Below, piece by piece: positions 38,801 through 50,999 of a stretch of 64,000 nucleotides of DNA. The notes beneath the pieces are model-generated. The model did no database searches, was not told the origin of the DNA, and worked only from the letters and a program-made list of their open reading frames with translations. Within the stretch, counting starts at the first letter, position 1; every line of letters begins with the position of its first letter. Origin of the DNA: Lytechinus pictus (lineage: Eukaryota); NCBI RefSeq assembly GCF_037042905.1, contig NC_087245.1, forward strand, positions 22,508,001-22,572,000, given 5' to 3'. A program made the position numbers and the translations under genes.

Positions 38801-41800
38801 AGCATTTTCTAACAACAAATTTAAAGATATGCCAATATTTTCAAGTATGAAAATTAAAATTCTTTAAATCTATAATGCATTAACCAATAGCTTTGATATC
38901 TACCTCATTGAGTCTATGGATTGAGAGGTTACGCAGCGCAGCGATGGCGGCTGACAAGGTCTCCTTTGAACTATCCTTCATAATGGCATGAAGATGAGGA
39001 AGCCCTCCTAATGTTACTATGGCAACCTGATTCTCATCTGATCAACAAGATGGAGAGATAAGGGGATGATACAATGTATAAAATTATAGGCATATAATTA
39101 TAGGCGCAAAGCTCTGTCGGTAGAGCAGGGATTTCGGATTAAGGTGACCCGGGTTCGATTCCCACTTGGTGCGCTAGTACCTTTAGGTAAGGCATTAATC
39201 ATCATTACCAGGCCCCTGGATAAAGACCTTAAGCATTTGGCCCTCTGGTTGCTTGCTTATAAGCATTCATACTTTCTTAGCAATCAGGTAAAATATAAAT
39301 CACCACCAAAAAATTCACAAAGATTACTTTTAATAACAGTAATTATTTTGACACCACTGTCGACAGCATTTAAATTCTGGAGTACTAGGACTCCTTGAGA
39401 GCAAGATATTGATACTTAAAAAATTTCTGTCTAATTGGTAAAAAATAAATAACATGATAAATTATAGATATAATAATGAATAATGGTTGAAATTTGTGAC
39501 ATCATAATCATTAATTCATCAATGAGTTTCTGAACTATTCTTAATAAAGAGACAAAAGTGAGCTTATTTGTGGAAAACTTAAAAAATTTTCATCTTTTGA
39601 ATTTCTTCTGTATTTATGTAAAATATTGTAACTGTTTATATGCATTTGTACGTATTCAAAATATATATTTCCACTGTAATGATGTTTGTATTTTTACTCA
39701 ATTGTGGAAATGATTTAATTTACTGAACCTGTCATTTAAATATCATACCCTTGGTCATTCATTGAAATCTAACATTTAGTCTCCTGATATCACAATACAT
39801 GTACATATACCATCTATGAAGACTGTGATTAAAAAATTGATACAATTTTAGCTTTTAGGAATCCAGAGCTTAGTGTGATAATGACTACTTTATTGTCAAG
39901 GGCAAAGGTATTGCATATTTAATAATGCAGATTTAAAACTGAATAATAAATCAAATATAAATTAATTCCTACTTGATAGGTTGAATGCCAGGACAATCAT
40001 TTCATAATTACCATTGTATGATGTCCAAGGCTACTTTCTATGATTCATTTGCAATAAAAGATACAATACATATCCTATAATAGCATTCAAATAAATTGCA
40101 CAAAACTTTTGTGAAATATCTCCCTGGTTGTTGAATAAATTCATGACAAACCTTTTTAAGACATGAACGTTACAATAATTTAAGCTTTGTGTTAGAGGAT
40201 AGGATAAAGTCAAATTTGTTCATGAGCCTTGGAGATAGCAAATCCCAGATAGGAAATGTTTACGCTCAAAACAATAAATATTTTTCAAATTTTCTTCCTT
40301 TCAGCTAATAACCAGGACAGAAATGCTTCTATGATATTTTTTTCCTCACAAGTTGAAACCTAAATAGAATAGCACATAATGGTTTCATTCCAGTAGATTT
40401 TTAAAGTGCATGGTGGGTAACAAAGTTATATTCAAACATTTTCATTCTAATTTTCTTCTACCAAATTCATAAATGATCTTTGATACTTACCATCGGAGGC
40501 TAGGTTTCTGAGAGCAAAGCAAGCTTGACATTTCACCTGTAAAGGCAAGTTTTAGATAACATAGTGTGAGTTATAGTTATTATTAAAAATAATTTAGTTA
40601 ACATAGATGGGTCTTATTCAGCCTTTTCCCTAATGATGTACTTACCAATGGAATCTGGAATGATACAAACAGAAACAAAATGATTGGGCTATGCCAAATC
40701 TACCAATGTCAGACATACAAAGCAATCCTTAGGCTTGAGACTCCCACCTTTGGATATCTTGCTCATACCCCAATATCTCCTTACGCCTGTATCACAGTCT
40801 ATTTCCATATACATCATACACAACGCCAGAGGGGGTCACTTACATAACAGCTATTTGGTCATAAACTTAAAGGATAGAAGGTTTGATGTCCGAAGCAGAT
40901 AAAAACATCTTTTGCTCTTGGTTTCCTCAAAATACATGCATCAATCAGCACAAATAATTGCGAAAGTGTTGCGATAAGATAATCTGTGATTTATTTTAAC
41001 AAAAATATTAAATATTGATTGCTAAAAGTTCTTGAAATTGCCATCTTCATTGGACAAACAACCCATCAAAATATATTCTTGGTTACCTACCTTATCAGCC
41101 GGTGAGTTTAATAGACTGATGAGCATCTTGATGACTTGATGATTACCTTCCTTAACCACGGAAACACGATGCTTCTCATCCACAGCAAGGTTACTGAGTG
41201 CCGCTGCACAGTAGTATTGGATGTCAGTGTCTTGTGACTGCAGCAATGTCAGGAAAGTTGTGACTGCACCCAGGTTTACTAACACAGTCCTGTTAGAATC
41301 TAAGGGAACAGAGAAGAAATATGGTTAACATGATGTTTCTGATCTACAGCAAGGTTACTGAGTGCCGCTGCACAGTAGTATTGGATGTCAGTGTCTTGTG
41401 ACTGCAGCAATGTCAGGAAAGTTGTGACTGCACCCAGGTTTACTAGCACAGTCCTGTAAGAATCTAAGGGAACAGAGAAGAAATATGGTTCACACGATGC
41501 TTCTCATCCACAGGAAGGTTACCAAGTGCCGCAGCACATTAGTATTGGAAGTCAGTGTCTCGTGACTGCAGCAATGTCAGGAAGGTTGTGACTGCACCCA
41601 GATTTGATATTCCTGTTAGAATCTAAACAAAAAGTGTGGTAAACAATGGAAACACTGTGATACCCCAATTACAAGTTGGATCTCATTATGTATTGCAAAT
41701 TCTTGAATTAAGAACAAATGTAAAATAGCTGGTACTAAAAAAAGTGTGTTAAAGGGATACTCTAGGCTGAAGATATTTATATTTAATAGAGTAAAATTCA

Positions 41801-44800
41801 CAGAGCAAAATGCTTAAAATTTCATCAAAATCGGATGACAAATAATGAAGTTATTGAATTTTAAAGTTCAGCAATATTTTGTGAAAACAGTTATATGCAC
41901 CTCGTCATGAATATTCATTCCGTGGGCTGATGATGTCACATCTCCACTTTCCTTTTTCTTGTTATTACATGGAATCATAATTGTTTCATTTTTTCATACA
42001 TGTGTAAATGATGTGTCTCCATTATGATGAAACAAGTTGCAGCAATAAATAACTAATGCACTTATCAGATGTCAATCCAATCGTTTTAGTTCTTGGTAGA
42101 AATTTTTTGAATAAACCTAATTTCATATAATAAAATACAAAAGAACAAGTGGGGATATGACATCATCAGTATGCTCATTGAATATTCATGAATACATACC
42201 TAAAACTTTTTCACTGGAATAATGCAAATCTTTTTAATTCAATAACTTTGTTGTTTATTTTCCGATTTTGATCAAATTCCTCTGTGAATTTTACTCTAAT
42301 TTATTTAGATATAAATATCTTCAGCCTGGAGTATCCCTTTAAGCATTGGACAGAAAAAAATCAACATGACTAAATGAAATACGTATGATGAAATCATTAT
42401 AAAACAGGGATGCCACTAGGTGTCCTCCACAAATACTGAAACTTATCGCGGGCAGGGACAGTGTCCAAGAACAGTGAATTGGGGCATTGGGGGCGGAAGC
42501 CAAAAAATTTAGGGGGGTCCACCTTAAATTTTGGGATGGACACAGGTAAAAAATTGGACAAGCAAGCAAAAAAAAAAAAAAGTTAACAAATTTTAGGGGG
42601 GGGGGTCCGTCACCCCACCTCAAATTTAGGGGGGGGGGGGGAAGGACCAAGTGGCTTCTTATCTTGTTGTGATCGATGACTTCGAAGTCAAGGTTTGAAA
42701 AACTGACGGTACTTAGTTGTTGTGTGTTGCTCCTAGAACGCTAGACCAAAAGCTTCAGTCTCTGTATTTTGGTTGTTCTGCTAAACCGCGTTGGCTCCAC
42801 TTTCTAATACATAGACTGAAGAGTTGTTGGCCAGTACGTAAAGACAACGTATCAGCTAAACCAGGGAGCTCCGGCCCACTTCGCGGGCCAGAGTGTCCTG
42901 AGTTAGCCAATACGTAACCCAGGGAGCTCCGGGACGCTTCGCAGGCCGGAGCTCCCTGGATTACGTATCGGCATGCAGCAGTAACGTTAGATCTAACATT
43001 CATCGGAAACCCAATGAAATTATATTGATCTAATAACCATATTTGTGTAAGTTTTATGAAATAGAGACATATAGAGATGATTTTTCTCAATAAATTACGA
43101 TTTTGAAAAAAAAAAAAAACGTACTAAATATGCCAAAAACATACTGGTTGGCAGGTCTGTATCATCCCTTCATTCTACAATACTTGGAAGTCAGAACCTA
43201 TGGAACAGGTTATGAGCATTCACTTTAATGAATAAAAAGAAGAGTCTATGATTCTATACCTTCGAGGACACTCCCTATCATTCCATGAGCATGTCTGCAC
43301 CAGGCAATGCAAGTAACACAAAATATCTGGAAAATTTCCTTTACTATTGCTAAGAAAGCATGAATGCTTGTAAGCAAGCAGCCAGAGGACATACGGCTTA
43401 AGGTCCTCTCCAAACCTGGTAATGAGGATTAGAGCCTTACTGAAGGGCTCTAACACACTAAGTGGGAATCAAAACCTGGGTTGTTGGAATACGAAACCCC
43501 TGCTCTACCGACTGAGCTATAACACTCCTCTCCTACTATTATCATACAGTCATTGTGACATTTTTTTTTTTTGGGGGGGGGGGCAATTGACTACAGTTAT
43601 GTGGATCGTAGAGTGACGTACAAGCTAATTTTCGTCGCAAACATGAGTTATCAGACCAATATCATGGAACTCTGGAGCCCCATGCAAAAAGCCCAGAGTA
43701 GTAAGGGTTGAGATGATCTGATACCAGACAATGTGGCTATAAAGTGTGTAGAGTAATGGTGAAGTAACCATTCGTGCTATTTTCAAGCAAAGTAGTCTAG
43801 ACGATTTTATATAGCCTATAGATGAGAGTTGAGAGTAATTACCTATGTGAGTGAGATTAAGTAATGCTCCAGCAGCATTGCGCTGAACTCTGATATCAGG
43901 TGATGTAGTCAATGAAATCAGAGGAGGGACACCGTTGCATGAAACTATGGCCATTTTGTTGGTATCTGGAAAGACAAAAAGATGGAGAAAGAGGAAGGAA
44001 GAGAGAGAAATGTATTACAGAGACATGATTTAAGTTCAGAATTATATAGCTTTATCACAAATCATTAGTATTATTATCATTATGCTTTCAGAAATAGAAA
44101 ACAAGACAGCATGTACAATGCAAGAATAAAATACAAAAAATACAAATAATTTTTAGACCCTTGCTCATACAACCAGGTAGCCTGGGTAGGGAATAGGCCA
44201 ACTAATAATAGCCTTGGCCCACAGGCCTTCCCTCCTAAAGTGATGATAGGGAGTTAGGGACTATGTTAAGAATTATATAGCTTTATCACAAATTATTAGT
44301 ATTATTATCATTATGCTTTCAGAAATAGAAAACAAGACAGCATGTACAATGCAAGAATAAAATACCAAAAATACAAATAATTTTTTAGACCCTTGCTCAT
44401 ACATGTACAACCAGGTAGCCTGGGTAGGGAATAGGCCAACTAATAATAGCCTTGGCCCACAGGCCTTCCCTCCTAAAGTGATGATAGGGAGTTAGGGACT
44501 ATGTTGGTGATAAGGATAATGATAAAACTAACAATGATCATCAAAGCCATTTTTGAAACTAGTATAATAATAATATTAAAATATCAATAATAATAACAAC
44601 ATTGACGATAATGATGATGACAATGATAATAATAATGAATTCTAAAAATAATTTCAAACTTACACCAATTTACAAAAGTCATTCATATCACACCCTATAG
44701 CACTTTAACAATACAAAACCCATTACAGTGCTACTTTAAAGACACACAATCATGCAAGGGTCATAATCATAGCGGCATGTAATGAAGACCAGACAGGGTT

Positions 44801-47800
44801 GATTGAGCTTAAGGGAATGGTTGTACATTGACTTCTATCAAAGTGAATAAACAAAATCAGAGCAATGCTGTGACACACACACAGTCTCTCAGTTTGTTTC
44901 ATATAAATGGATGTATACATTGTGGTCAGAAGAGCTTGAATACCATATGGCAGACAGGATGGGATGTTTAATAAGTTTGATCATTATAAAGGATCAGCCT
45001 AAGTTGAAACACAGACGCAGATTTACATAAAAACTCAACCTACAGGCCAGTATGCAATTGAGAAAGGCATATCACTCACTATTCCTTTTTCTATATGACA
45101 TATCATATTTCACCTTTCATCAATTTATTGATTTTCACTAAATCATAACTAATTGTAATAATGATGCTACATTTTCCACGATGTATCACATGAATCCAAC
45201 AAATATTGGGTTAAACAAACTTACTTGAGGTAGCGAGCGTAGTGATGCATCCACAAGCATTGCACTGGATCTCTACATTGTTTGAAGACAGTAGCTTGAT
45301 CAGCACAGGCAGAGCACCACACTTCACAATCACACTCTTGTTGCTCTCTGTTTCAAAATAAAATGCAATCAAAAGAGACAGACATCAAGGTAAATAAACA
45401 TTGTGGAAAAGACAGAAATAAAGCATTGTTACATTCATTTCATGATATTCAGGAAGAGTATCATAACAACAATGCTCCAATGCACAGAATTGTTCTTCCA
45501 GTGCACTCACATTAATACATAACAAATAATAGTTGACACTGAGGGGATGACAACCTAGCTGTAATCCCATAAATGCTTATCTGCATGCAGTGCATGTTAC
45601 CTTTGGGAAACTAATTTGTTATCATATGTTGATTCTAGTTCAGCAATCGCATTAGGTGCATTATGAACAGCCTTTCACAATCACTTTGATACGGTTACCT
45701 TTTCCTTTCAAATTCATAACCAGAATTAAAACTTATCTTTAAGAAGATTTTTAAAGCAATGAACACCTTTACTACAAATTCCAGAAAGTGAGAAATGAAA
45801 GATGAAGCGAATTAACCTTGAACATTATTTTGTTAAATTTTTGTACTTCCTTTTCTTTACAAAATACAAACATAAAAAAATATTTATCATGCATATCTTA
45901 CAACAGATTAATCTCCTGGGATAATTTTACTGACAATGTACTAAAAATGTCAATCATTGACATTTAATATATTTTAAATATTGTGTCATCTTGAATGATG
46001 CATTGACAATGTATCATTCAAGATGACATAACATTTTAAAGACACGTGCATTGGGAACAAAAATCAACTCATTCAAATACTTTGTAAAAGAATATATTGA
46101 TTGTGTTATTTAATGACATGACCCATTAATGAAATGAGCTATGACGACCTTACCGTGCCCACAAAGCGCAAAGTTACTGAGTGCAAGGGATGCTGCTTTC
46201 TGAGTCTCCACATCATGGGATTCCATCAACACAAGAATAGGTTCCATTACCTTGGATGATATCGGCTGCATTACTGAAAAAAAGAAAGAAGGATGACAAT
46301 TATAATGATGATGACGACAGAAGTGACAACAATACTCCAATCCATTCATATGTACAGCATTATCTAGTTGCCCAATCCAAGGCACTACTAATGAGACTGA
46401 CAACAAAAATGTCTTTTGATAATTCTAATTGAAAAAGATACAAATATCAACCAGTGCTACTTCTGAGGCCAAGGACGTGCAAACTGGCCCCTAGACATAC
46501 AACAGTGATAATAATAAATTAAATGTGACCTGTAAGAGTATTGAATAGAATAATGTGACCAGCCTACCCAAAATGAATAAGTCACCAGGGAAGGTTTTCT
46601 GTAAATAGTCAAAATAATAATTTTATTTTCAAATAGTAAAAATGAGAACATTTGCTCAAAAAAGTCATTCTTATTCTTCGTCGTGTTAAAATTTGAAGTT
46701 GTAAAATTGAATAAAAGACATGATACAATAGTTTCTTTGACTTATTGTTGGTTTGGGGGTGGCAGGTCACATAGGAGAAATCACAGGCAGGGATTCATAA
46801 CATCACTCTATTCCAAGGGGGAGGTCCCAACAGGTCATCCCCCTTGAACAATAGGTTTACTGCTCAAATTGCTGCCAATGGAAGCATTTTGTAGACTTGA
46901 AAATAAAGGTTTTTGAATCTTACATCTCTCGCTGATTTCTGCTAGGCATAATGCAGCTGACCTCTGTAAATCTGCATTCTCTGAATAAGTCAATGTACAG
47001 AGTGCTTCCAAACGCTCCTCAGAAATAGTTGGCTTCTCTTCATATTCTAGAAAAAAAAGAAGATACATACTGTGAGTACAAGTAATAGATACCAAATCTC
47101 AAAAGCATTAATATAAAAGCATTAAAAGCCCATTTGCAATTTTAAGATTTTGCATACAATTTCATTTTATACTTACATGTATGTAAAAACTTCAGGCATA
47201 ATGGGAAAGGCACAGTATATAATGTAATAATAAATAGTAATGATAATACAAGTAAGAATAATAATTGTTATCTTTATTTTGAATTAGATACAACCTACAT
47301 GTATATTGGCAAGGCAAAGCTTCCAGAGTGAGTTTATTTGTTGTTGGTTTATAATGGTTGTTTATCTTACATACTATTTGGAAAAAGTACATAAACAGAC
47401 CATATTCTTGTCAGAATTTACAATTGGAATCATGCCTGGTAATTTGAAAAATCATGCATGCAAAGTACCCTTTTTATGTGGTTATAGTTAAAAGACATAT
47501 TGCATAGGGACATATACAAATGACAGATTATTCTGCAAACTAACAGAAGTCAGTCACCTGACCTACATATAATCCCGCTATTTGTGATCCAGCAAATCCC
47601 AATCAGAACAAATCTCAATTTTATTTGTGATGAAGATGAGCAGGGTATTTTGTTCACTTAATCTCGAGATCGAAATCTCAACTGAACTTAATATTATTTG
47701 CAAGCTACATGTACATGTATTTCATGTATTGTCTAGCTAAGTGTAAAGCACATGTAATCTTGGGTAATCTTGGGTAAATGGAGTGGAAGGAAAGGGTCTG

Positions 47801-48544
47801 TACCAGCAGACTACCTGTAGTTCTGGTTCAACTGAATGGTACAGTATACCGGGTACATGTCCCTCCACTGAGAAAAGAACAACTTGGTTATCAAAAAAGA
47901 TAGTATTATATAGGTCTATACAGCTTTTCAAAGAGATTTATTAGCTTTTTTTTACTTTGAATTATTCATACAAAGATGACTAGGCACTAAAATGGCCATG
48001 CTTGAGGCTGTTTCATGGGACAGGACTTTGTTAACTGTATTTACCAGATCAATTACGTCTAGTCAGCAATTGTTATCTTAATATCAACAAGTCCAGTAAC
48101 AATTTTCATAAGCAAACAACTAGTCTTGATCATTTACCTGTTATACAATATCTAATATCATGGCCTCATTGCAAAAAATATAATATTACAATAACTTTGC
48201 AATCCGATGATAACTACTATGGGAACAATCAAAATAAATTATTAAGTATTTCATGAAAGTTAGCACTAGATGGCAAATTCCTCATAAATGTAACTTTTCT
48301 TTATTAGATGGGACCAAAATCACAGCTTATGCCATCAAACTTTTTTTACAACTAATTCGCACTGTCTGAAACAATAGAAGAACCAAAACTTACCTCTATT
48401 GAGATAATGTAACAGATCTTTGACTGCCTCCCTCTCAGTATCCAGCAGCAAGGGTTCATAGAGGTCATCGTCATAGTGACGGTATCTACTGTAACATCCA
48501 CAGCAGCAACAGAGGGAGAAGAGGTAATCCAAGCAAGAATCCAT
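35695..48544 (-). CDS. VAC8: Vacuolar protein 8-like armadillo-repeat protein, 13 coding exons, 551 aa (gene span)
   Basis: The spliced CDS is 1656 nt with all introns GT-AG and consistent phases. Motifs are collinear with yeast Vac8: [115 protein letters not shown]. An in-frame TGA lies upstream of ATG 48544. Confidence 0.9.
36270..36395 (-). CDS. VAC8: Vac8-like coding exon 12, 126 nt
   Basis: ccttctAG acceptor, GTTTGT donor; ...[26 protein letters not shown]. Confidence 0.85.
36505..36935. repeat. (CAC/CAT)n trinucleotide microsatellite in Vac8 intron 11
   Basis: Directly visible; it generates the spurious poly-His/Thr/Val ORFs. Confidence 0.95.
37054..37188 (-). CDS. VAC8: Vac8-like coding exon 11, 135 nt
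   Basis: tttttAG acceptor, GTAAGC donor; [45 protein letters not shown]. Confidence 0.85.
37753..37867 (-). CDS. VAC8: Vac8-like coding exon 10, 115 nt
   Basis: tttAG acceptor, GTAAGT donor; [38 protein letters not shown]. Confidence 0.85.
38329..38454 (-). CDS. VAC8: Vac8-like coding exon 9, 126 nt
   Basis: tttttcttgtAG acceptor, GTAAGA donor; [42 protein letters not shown]. Confidence 0.88.
38904..39037 (-). CDS. VAC8: Vac8-like coding exon 8, 134 nt
   Basis: cAG acceptor, GTAGAT donor; [45 protein letters not shown]. Confidence 0.88.
39103..39300 (+). mobile_element. tRNA-derived SINE
   Basis: A-box-like AGCTCTGTCGGTAGAGC, B-box GGTTCGATTCCC, an A-rich tail; homologous to 43340-43528. 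Confidence 0.75.
40491..40536 (-). CDS. VAC8: Vac8-like coding exon 7, 46 nt
   Basis: ctttacAG acceptor, GTAAGT donor; [15 protein letters not shown]. Confidence 0.88.
41091..41299 (-). CDS. VAC8: Vac8-like coding exon 6, 209 nt
   Basis: ttctctgttcccttAG acceptor, GTAGGT donor; [13 protein letters not shown]...[20 protein letters not shown]...SPADK. Confidence 0.88.
41163..41626 (-). repeat. Tandem triplication of a 164-bp unit spanning the acceptor and the 5' part of Vac8 exon 6
   Basis: Copies at 41163-41326 (functional), 41327-41490 (near-identical) and 41491-41626 (diverged, 5-nt shortfall, in-frame TAA). Confidence 0.92.
41753..42338. mobile_element. Kolobok-like MITE (TTAA target duplication)
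   Basis: TTAA|AGGGATACTCTAGGCTGAAGATATTTAT...ATAAATATCTTCAGCCTGGAGTATCCCT|TTAA with long imperfect TIRs. Confidence 0.85.
43340..43528 (-). mobile_element. tRNA-derived SINE, same family, opposite orientation
   Basis: Minus strand TAGCTCAGTCGGTAGAGC...GGTTTTGATTCCCAC...GCTTGCTTACAAGCATTCATGCTTTCTTAGCAAT. Confidence 0.75.
43843..43965 (-). CDS. VAC8: Vac8-like coding exon 5, 123 nt
   Basis: tctttccAG acceptor, GTAATT donor; [41 protein letters not shown]. Confidence 0.9.
44038..44505. repeat. Recent tandem duplication (~231 bp + ~237 bp) in Vac8 intron 4
   Basis: Two near-identical copies (44038-44267 and 44269-44505); the second carries an extra CATGTA. Confidence 0.92.
45225..45347 (-). 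CDS. VAC8: Vac8-like coding exon 4, 123 nt
   Basis: cAG acceptor, GTAAGT donor; [41 protein letters not shown]. Confidence 0.9.
46154..46273 (-). CDS. VAC8: Vac8-like coding exon 3, 120 nt
   Basis: ttttttcAG acceptor, GTAAGG donor; [40 protein letters not shown]. Confidence 0.9.
46924..47046 (-). CDS. VAC8: Vac8-like coding exon 2, 123 nt
   Basis: ttttttctAG acceptor, GTAAGA donor; [41 protein letters not shown]. Confidence 0.9.
48394..48544 (-). CDS. VAC8: Vac8-like coding exon 1 ([17 protein letters not shown]...LNR), 151 nt; the exon probably begins at 48626
   Basis: ATG at 48544, donor AG|GTAAGT after 48394, upstream acceptor ctgcAG at 48628-48627. Confidence 0.85.
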
Positions 48545-49058
48545 CTCGTTTACAGAGGGATGTTTCTCAGCCCAGATGAGTCAAAGAGAGAGAGAGAAAG
48601 AGAGGGGGAAATGATGTTGAGGAACCCTGCAGATAAGATTAATAGAGAAAATTGAATTATAGATTTGATTATTTATCCAAAAAAAAATTCATATGGTAAG
48701 AAATATGTTTGGAAAGTAGTTAATAAAGAATGTTGTCTTTAATACATCTTTACTTTAATACCATTGTGATTATTATAAAATTCTAATATGAGGCGTAAAA
48801 TTGCAACAAATAAAAACGATTGAAAACTAATGAACCATGGGGGTAATTCTTGAATTGACATTCTGTGAGACTATCAAGAACATCTTGACACACAGCCGTG
48901 TAGTGCTGTGCGGTATATGCAGCTCTCGGCCTACAGCCTACTAGCAATTTCATCCCACTAATGCATTTTAATTGAATCAATAAACTACTTCCAACCTGAT
49001 GCTTTTTACAGAAGTAGATCACATCTCCAGCTCACAATCAAGAATAGACTGTGTCACT

Positions 49059-49536
49059 AGGTGGTTTCAGACCGCCTCGAAGTTCGTCAGTTCCAGGTAT
49101 TCTCTGATCGGAAAATTTACCCCGATCAGAAAATACCAGGTATTTTGGTAATGTGAAAGCAAACTACGCGTAATTTCCCCGAAAGAAAATTCCTGCTAAA
49201 TAGTAGGTACTTGGAGAAATTACGAGAACTTTCGCGGGGATTTTTTTTCAAGGTCGCAGGTATTTTGGCCATGTGAAAGCAATTTACGGGAACTTTTAGC
49301 CCAGCGTGTCGTTGGGCGCGGGCGCCGTGGGTGGCTGCTGGGCTAGTGGTTTTGAATCTCGCGCCTTGCCTGCTTATTAGACCATACTGCGCATGCTCCT
49401 AACTTCAGGAATTTATCCCGAAGGGTATGTTTCAGGGCGGTGTGAATGCAGGAATAATTAATGGGTATTTTTTAGCGTAAAAATGTTCTCGTAATTTAAC
49501 GGGGATTCTTGTGATCGAGGCGGTTTGAAACCGCCT
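49059..49536. mobile_element. CpG-rich (young) MITE with a 3-bp ACT duplication (Harbinger-like)
   Basis: ACT|AGGTGGTTTCAGACCGCCTCGA...TCGAGGCGGTTTGAAACCGCCT|ACT. A TA-flanked reading is also possible. Confidence 0.8.
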
Positions 49537-50999
49537 ACTGTGATGCAAGGCAAAAACACACAACAAAGTGAACCACTGGCAAGCTAATTAATAATCATCA
49601 GATTTTACATGGCTTGGATTATGCCCAGGGTTCAGTAATGAGCACATGGTTTATGAAGGGAAATTTGGGAGTCTGGTAAAAGAGGAAAAGGAGTGGGAAA
49701 TGTGGAAGGGTAAAAGAAAAGAAAAGTGTGAAGGACAGGAATGAAGGAGGAGAAAGAGACAGAGAAGAAAGAGGAGAAAATAAGAATAACAATATAAAGA
49801 AGCAAAAAGGAGTCAGGGAAAAGATAAAATGAACAGAATAGAGGAAAAAGTGAATATTTAACCTTCAAATTGTCATGTTGATCAATTACATGTTTCTGTC
49901 ACATGGATGTGGTTACAGGCATTTCCATGCATGTGCTTTTATTAAAATGGCAAAAAAATGCTTCAATTATTCCATACCAGAAGCAGATCAATAAAAGCTT
50001 GTTCCCTCATTTACAATGAGTTTCAACAATGATACTGTAATTGGAAGAAATAATGCAACTGTCACAAGCAAGGTTGATGTACTGTTTATCATTTCTCTGT
50101 AAAAACACACTGGTCAGAATAATTGAATTCACAAAAGCAGGTTTTGAATAGCATAGTGAGCAGTATTTTTCTTTTTTTATAAAACCTTTTGTCTTGTGCA
50201 TGGAAAGTCAAAACAAGAAAAAAAAAGAATTTCATTACCCCCCCCCCATACATTACAACAAACAGATAGAGTACATGTACGTGTGTTATTTGCACATGTA
50301 CATGTACTGTAAAAAGTGCAATGTAGTTCAAGGAGACAAAAATACATAGTTCTCGAACAGAGGAACAGGTCTGTGAAAGCATCATTATAAGTACATGAAG
50401 ACATATGGCCTGAATATTACAATTAATATAGGCCTACAGGTACATAATTATGCAGAATAGTACCGTACTTTACATCCATCTCATGAAGGGAATAAATTCT
50501 GACAAAGAACAATTTTTATCTACAGGTATTAGTTTATTTGTTCAATGAGCAATAACTTGATATCACTACAATTACTCCAAAATTAGTTTTAATCATACAG
50601 AAAATGTACCCTCCCCCACCCACTATCTCTCTCTTTCATGTACATGTACTTTACAGTAATATGCATCTGCGATATTTGCAGTAATGAACTGGAATCTACG
50701 GAGTGGATAGAAAAGGGAACATACATGTACTGCACTATGATGTTATTGTATGCTTCACTTTGATCAATGCATACATGTATGTTATTCAGACTCAATCTGC
50801 ATGCAAAACAAGAGACATTATTCCCGGGTGAAATGATCCGATCAATATCAATCAGACTATTACATAGCAACATAATTACTACCTCAAGCTCCATTAGTTT
50901 TTGTCATTGGGAGTACATAGATCATTAAAGCCCACATGTTATTACCAATGACGTTCTAAACCAACCCGAACTGATCAAGGCATGTACAGGTATTATTAA

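Noticed and set aside
39103..39180. tRNA gene
   Set aside because: A and B boxes are present but there is no complete cloverleaf, and it continues into a SINE body shared with 43340-43528.
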